In this document: in pieces, positions 58,775 to 64,000 of the stretch
Position numbering within the stretch: the first letter of the stretch is position 1
Layout: each line of letters opens with the position of its first letter
DNA from: Octopus vulgaris
Lineage: Eukaryota
DNA: 64,000 bases
Assembly (NCBI GenBank): GCA_951406725.2
Contig: OX597814.1
Coordinates: forward strand, 90,520,001-90,584,000
Reading direction: 5' to 3'
Translations under genes and position numbers: made by a program
The notes under the pieces: model-generated
Told to the model about the DNA's origin: nothing
What the model saw: the letters and a program-made list of their open reading frames with translations, nothing else
The model's database searches: none

Positions 58775-59396
58775 ATGTATGTATTATGTATGTATACATC
58801 GATCTTTTACGTCTTTCAGTCATTAGTCAACGGTCATGCTGGGGAACAGCCTTGAAGAGAAGAATCTATGGTCGATTAAATCAACCTCAGTATACACACA
58901 CATACTAACTCCACTCTGCTGAGTGGTTGATGTTAAAAAGGGATCCTGCTGTGAAAATCCAGCCAAAATGTCACATAAGTCTGGTGCAGACTCTTGCGAA
59001 ACCGTTCCACTCATGCTAGCTTGGAAGGCAGACGTTAAATGATAATGATGATGATGATGATGATACATACATACATATATATATATATATTAAAAGACAA
59101 TTAAGATTGGAGAATTACATACATTTGTTTAATAGTTAGAATGTTTATAAAGAAGACCCCTTTTGCGTGTGTGTCTGTGTGTCTGTGTATATGTATATGT
59201 GTGTGTGCAAGTGTAAATATATACATGAAAATGTTTGAAAGTTTCTTCAAAGATCCCTTTTGCTTGTTGTCATGAGTCTGATGAGAGCGACGAAGCTGAC
59301 ACTTCGAAATTACTGCCAACGTTTTCTTTGAACAAGTTGAATAATCATGTACTCTAGTAAAATCTTTCAGTTGGATGATCAATTGTTTTATATATA

Positions 59397-59740
59397 ACAA
59401 CCACATGGTTTAAGGTTCAGTACCACTGCGTGTCCCTTTGAGCAAGTGTCTTCTACTATAGCCTTGAGCCGATCAAATCCTTGTGAGTGAATTTGATAGA
59501 CGGAAACTGAAAGAAGCCCGTCGTATATATATGTTTGTGTGTCTGTGTTTGTCACGCCACAATCGCTTAACAACCGATCTTTGTGTGTTTATGTCCTCGT
59601 AACCTAGCGGTTCTGTTAAAGACCAATAGAGTAAGTATTACGCTTACATAGAATAAGTCCCGGGGTCAATTTGTTGACCTAAAGGCAGTTCTCCAGCATG
59701 GTCGCAGTCAAATGACAAACAAATAAAAGAATAAAAGAAT
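59397..59740 (+). mobile_element. Long SINE, slightly 5'-truncated
   Basis: Colinear with 34855-35305. Confidence 0.88.
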
Positions 59741-59750
59741 ATGTGTACAC

Positions 59751-59933
59751 ATACAGTTCTACATTTAAGAGATGAGGAATTATTTACATTACTTACATTA
59801 TTTACATTTCATGGATATTTGTCCTCATTTTGTTTGTTAAAACGTTTCGACTGATATACCCTCCAGTCTTCATGAGTTGTCTTGGGGCAATTTCGAACCT
59901 AGGTTTTCATTACAAAGGTATTTTTCTATGTTA

Positions 59934-60011
<78 letters not shown>

Positions 60012-60590
60012 TCAAAGCCTGGAATCGAACTCGGAATTATACCCGATTTATCAATATTGATAAATCAGGTATAGCTGATCATGTATGGAAAAATGGAGAC
60101 CACCTCCCACTGTGAGATGAAGTTAAAATAATAGACAAAGAACACGACTCTAAAAAGTGAAAACTGAAAGAAGCAGCACATATGCAAGGACACAACAACC
60201 TACTAAGTAGACCGAGTGCAAATATGAATAGCATACGGGGACCGGTATTAAGGAAGGATAGGAAAATATTAGATTTATAGGCCCTTAAATTCACTCCATA
60301 ATTGGCCACCGGCATATGGCGTAGTGGTTAAGAGTGCAGGCTACTAAGCCCAAAATTCCGAGTTCGATTCCAGGTAGTGACCTGAATAATAATAATAATA
60401 ACAATAACAATAATAATAACATGGAAATGTAGGTTCGAAATTTTCCCATGACACCTGATGAAAGCTGGATGGTATATTTGTCCCCATCTTGTTTCCATAC
60501 ATGATCAACAAACAAGATGGGGTTAAATGTAAATAATGTATATATATATAATCCGTCAAATGTAAATAATGTGTATATTTATAATCCGCA
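59751..60590. mobile_element. Inverted pair of Penelope 3' ends (minus 59751-60037; plus 60056-60590)
   Basis: Both arms match 63452-63934; palindromic junction centred at 60055/60056. Confidence 0.92.
60311..60382 (+). promoter_or_regulatory. tRNA-like Pol III internal promoter cassette inside the Penelope 3' region
   Basis: A box tggcgtagtgg (60317-60327) and B box gagttcgattcc (60360-60371) at tRNA spacing; also present, partly deleted, at ~63690-63747 and as the B-box half at 60005-60037 (minus). Confidence 0.75.
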
Positions 60591-60599
60591 TTTTTTTGA

Positions 60600-60873
60600 G
60601 TGGGGGAGGGGTACTAGTCGGTTTCATCGACCCTAGTTTTTCATTGGTACTTAATTTATTGAACCCGAAAGTATGAAAGTCCAAGTTAGCCTCGGCGGAA
60701 TTTAATCTCAGGACGCTAAGACGCTAAGCATTTTGGTTGACCTACTAACACATCTGTCAGTTCGCCTTATATATATAATACACACTCACACAAACACACA
60801 CATCCACACACACCTGTCTTCGTCTTTTATTTTTCTATAAATTTCAACTATATATATATATCCACAGATAGGG

Positions 60874-60966
<93 letters not shown>

Positions 60967-61680
60967 TGTGTATGTGTGTTTGTGTGTGTGTGTGTATGCA
61001 TGTATAGCGAGAGAGAAATGGAGAAAGATATTTTCATGAGATGGCTTAATGACAATCATTACTTTCTTAACACAAGGCCACAACTTCGGAGGAGGTTTAT
61101 TTGATTGGAACACGCATAATGCATTACATATACCTATTTTGTCGACCCTTAAAGGCTACAACGTAAAGTCGACCGCGTGGTGTATGTGAGCTTAAAACGT
61201 AAAGGCGGGCTAAATGCCGCAAGTCTTTTGTTCGGTTTGGTAACGATTTTGCGAGCTCCCCGTCTTATATCACTAATCTGTAATAATGGTTTCAAATTGT
61301 AGCACCAAGAAGAAGACCCAATGAAAGAAAAATTTGACCACGGCTGAATTTGAACTCAAAGCATGAAGACAAAAGACCTGCAGCCAAGCATTTCATCCGG
61401 TGTATTAACAGTTCCGCCATTTCGCAGCCTTATCTTTACTGGTAAAACTAAAAAATATTGTTTCTTAAGGCTCAAAGCTAGTAGCTTTTAAGGTGCAACG
61501 AATAGTTGATTACATCAACCCGCAGTATTTGGCAGGAACATTACTTTATCGAACACAGAAGACTGAAAGACTGAGTTAAAATTGGTTGCATTTGAAATTA
61601 GTATGTAAAGTGCTGGCAGAAATATTGTATGGCTTTACGTACGACACACTAACAGTTACGCTAAACCACCACCTGATTTC
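60600..61680 (-). mobile_element. Cluster of about four old SINE relics, gagctggcag family
   Basis: Recurrent gaaa...aaagtcgacc..ggc.gaattt.aactca motifs. Confidence 0.6.
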
Positions 61681-61909
61681 CACAAGTAATATCTATTTCT
61701 AACAGGTGTAAGGCCAGACATTTCTCATTTGTGATTTATGTGAATGTCGGTTTAATAAAGCTAAGTACTTGCCTGTTACTATACTTTATATTTTCTCCTT
61801 AAATCGATTTCAATAGAAAATTGAATACAGAACCTACGGGGTAAATAAATGTATATCATGTCTGTAGTACACTACAGAGCCAACGGTCCTTAATATTACA
61901 AATTCGTAA

Positions 61910-62042
61910 GGCGCTGGGCTGGCAGAATCATTAGTCTTGGGAGATGTACTTAGCGATATTTCGTCCGTTTTTTCGTTCTGAGTTAATATTCTGCCGTGAA
62001 CGGCTTTGTCTTTCATCGTTCGGGGTCAATAATATAAGTACC
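61910..62042 (+). mobile_element. 5' half of a SINE interrupted by the Penelope insertion (resumes ~63933)
   Basis: ggcgctgggctggcagaatcattag...ggggtcaataatataagtacc, then ataagtacc...gtaatcgacttatccc after the PLE. Confidence 0.75.
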
Positions 62043-62136
62043 TTATTTACATTATTTAAATTTGACGGATATTTGTCCTCATCTTATGGAACCAAGAAGA
62101 AGAAACGATGAAAGTCGATCGCGGCGGAATTTATAA

Positions 62137-63934
62137 GTGAATTTACAGCAAAGAAAAGAAAAACCCAACTCTGAAAACAGAGAGGAAGTTGTCACAGATC
62201 TTGATCAAGAACAAGGTTCACGTTACACAAGTGAAGTACAGACAACTGACTCAACACTACAGTAAACTACCACACATGTACGGTCTACCTAATATTCACA
62301 AGGTTGGTATTCCATTAAGACCTATAGTGAGCTGTAGAGGTTCAGCATGTCATCCACTGAGCCACTTCCTTGTCCATTAGTAGAAAAGTCAACATCATAT
62401 GTGAATAATTCCACCCACTCCACAGAATTGATCAAAGACACCCCCCCCATTGGATCCAACCAGATGTAGGGTCTAGATATGATAAGTCTGTTCACCAGAG
62501 TCCCAACTGGTGAAGCACTATCGGGGATTCAAGAGAAACTGGTGTCAGACACCCATCTACAAGAACGCACTAGTATACCAATAAGAAACTTGATGGAAAC
62601 TTGACCTTCTATGTAGAAACTACCTACTTCAGTATGGACACTGATATATATCGACAAGAAGAGGGTTTGCCTATGGGTTCGCCATTATCACCGATAATAC
62701 CCAATATATACATGGAATACTTTGAGAATTTGGCTTTAGAATCAACACCACTAAAACCAACCCTATGGCTGCGATACGTTGATGACACTTTTATACTGTG
62801 ACCCCACCAGGAAGATATCCAAGCGCTGTTAGATCATGTGAACTCAATACAGCCATCCATACAGTTCACAATGGAAAAAGAAAAAGACAATCAATTAGCA
62901 TTCCTCGACGTATTAATAACACGCACCAACTATGGATTCAGGACACCCGTATACCGCAAGTCGCCCTTCCCTGAACGATATCTTAACTTCAATTTCCACC
63001 ATCCATACAGTATAAAGAGAGGGATTGCTCAGTGCCTAAAATATCGAGCAAAAGATATAAGTTCCGATCGTGATACCCACCACAAAGAAATGATCAAGCT
63101 CAGTAACAATCTATTAAGAAACAACTACCCCAATTATGAAGAATCCTCTCCAATTCTGAAGAAAAGAGACGATGAAACCAATAAACTGTCCACAGTCTGT
63201 CTACTCTATGTGAAAGACCATTCCGAGAAAGTACAAATTATATTCGGCCCATATGACATCAGGACGGTATTCAAGAGTAATACAACACGTCACACATATC
63301 TCCTTCGAGTAAAACGACCAATAGCCGAGAATATGACCAAATATTGCGTGTACTCCATCTCATGCAGTTGTGGTAGGTTATACAAAAGCCAAACATGCTG
63401 CCCCCTCAAAATAAGGGTAGAGGAACATCGTAAAGCTGTGACACGAAGAGATATTGATAAATCGGTTATAGCTGATCATGTATGGAAAAATGGAGACCAC
63501 CTCCCACTGTGGGATGAAGTTAAAATATTAGAGAATACCACTGGAAAACACGAAAACTAAAAGAAGCAGCACATATGCTAGGACACAACAACCTACTAAG
63601 TAGACCGAGTGCAAATATGAATAGCATATGGGAAGGACATGAAAATATTAGATTTATAAGCTCTAAAATTCACTCCTTAATTGCCCAAGGGCATACAGCG
63701 TAGTGGTTAAGAGCGCGAGCTTACCCCAAGATTCCAGGCAGTGACCTGAATAATAATAATAACAACAACAACATCAAAAAATACCTTAGGTTCGAAGTTT
63801 CCCCAAGACACCTGATGAAAGCTGGAGATTATATCAGCCGAAACGTTGTGTTATTAACAAAGAAGATGAGGACAAATATCCGTCAAATGTAAATAATGTA
63901 CATAATTCCTCATCTCTTAAAAATAGAACTGTAT
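62137..63934 (+). mobile_element. 5'-truncated decayed Penelope/Poseidon-clade element (RT plus GIY-YIG plus terminal repeat)
   Basis: NPT, YGLPNIHK.GIPLRPIVS, SLFTRVP, GLPMGSPLSP, WLRYVDDTF, IQFTMEKE, LAFLDV, VYRK, CVYSISCSCG.LY, RVEEH, IADH; several stops and frameshifts; short inverted copy of its tail at 62043-62085. Confidence 0.95.
63807..63852 (+). ncRNA. Minimal type I hammerhead-ribozyme-like motif (PLE type)
   Basis: gacac CTGATGA a agctg-gagattatat-cagcc GAAA cgt t gtgtt: stem I gacac/gtgtt, stem II gctg/cagc, loopless palindromic stem III ACGU. Confidence 0.75.
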
Positions 63935-64000
63935 TAAAATAAGTACCGATTGAATCGGTGTAATCGACTTATCCCTGCTGGCTTCGTGCTAAAATTAGAT

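Noticed and set aside
60311-60382. Bona fide tRNA gene
   Set aside because: Acceptor and anticodon stems do not pair properly and it is embedded in a transposon; the SINE heads were rejected for the same reason
62799-62801. In-frame TGA after YVDDTFIL as recoding
   Set aside because: The position is normally Trp (TGG to TGA decay) and the element has several other lesions

Overview
AT-rich, microsatellite-saturated eukaryotic DNA. The SINE families and repeat landscape look like an octopus (coleoid cephalopod) intronic or intergenic region; this is recognition from memory, not a database result. No host protein-coding gene can be called with confidence, and almost all ORF-track entries are translations of (TA)n/(CA)n/(TATG)n/(AAT)n repeats. 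Supported content: a GC-rich, nearly intact 5'-truncated CR1-group LINE (2.6-4.5 kb); decayed RTE and RTE-X LINEs; an R4/Dong element inside an (AAT)n array; two CRE-like 3' ends; mariner and hAT relics/MITEs; many tRNA-derived SINEs; and several Penelope-like element (PLE) families, mostly in fold-back arrangements. The most interesting signals are in the PLE 3' regions. They carry minimal type I hammerhead-ribozyme-like motifs, one family with a non-canonical core (U at position 6). One Penelope family has a tRNA-like Pol III cassette between its ORF stop and its hammerhead. All pairings and alignments were made by eye, and boundaries of decayed elements are approximate.
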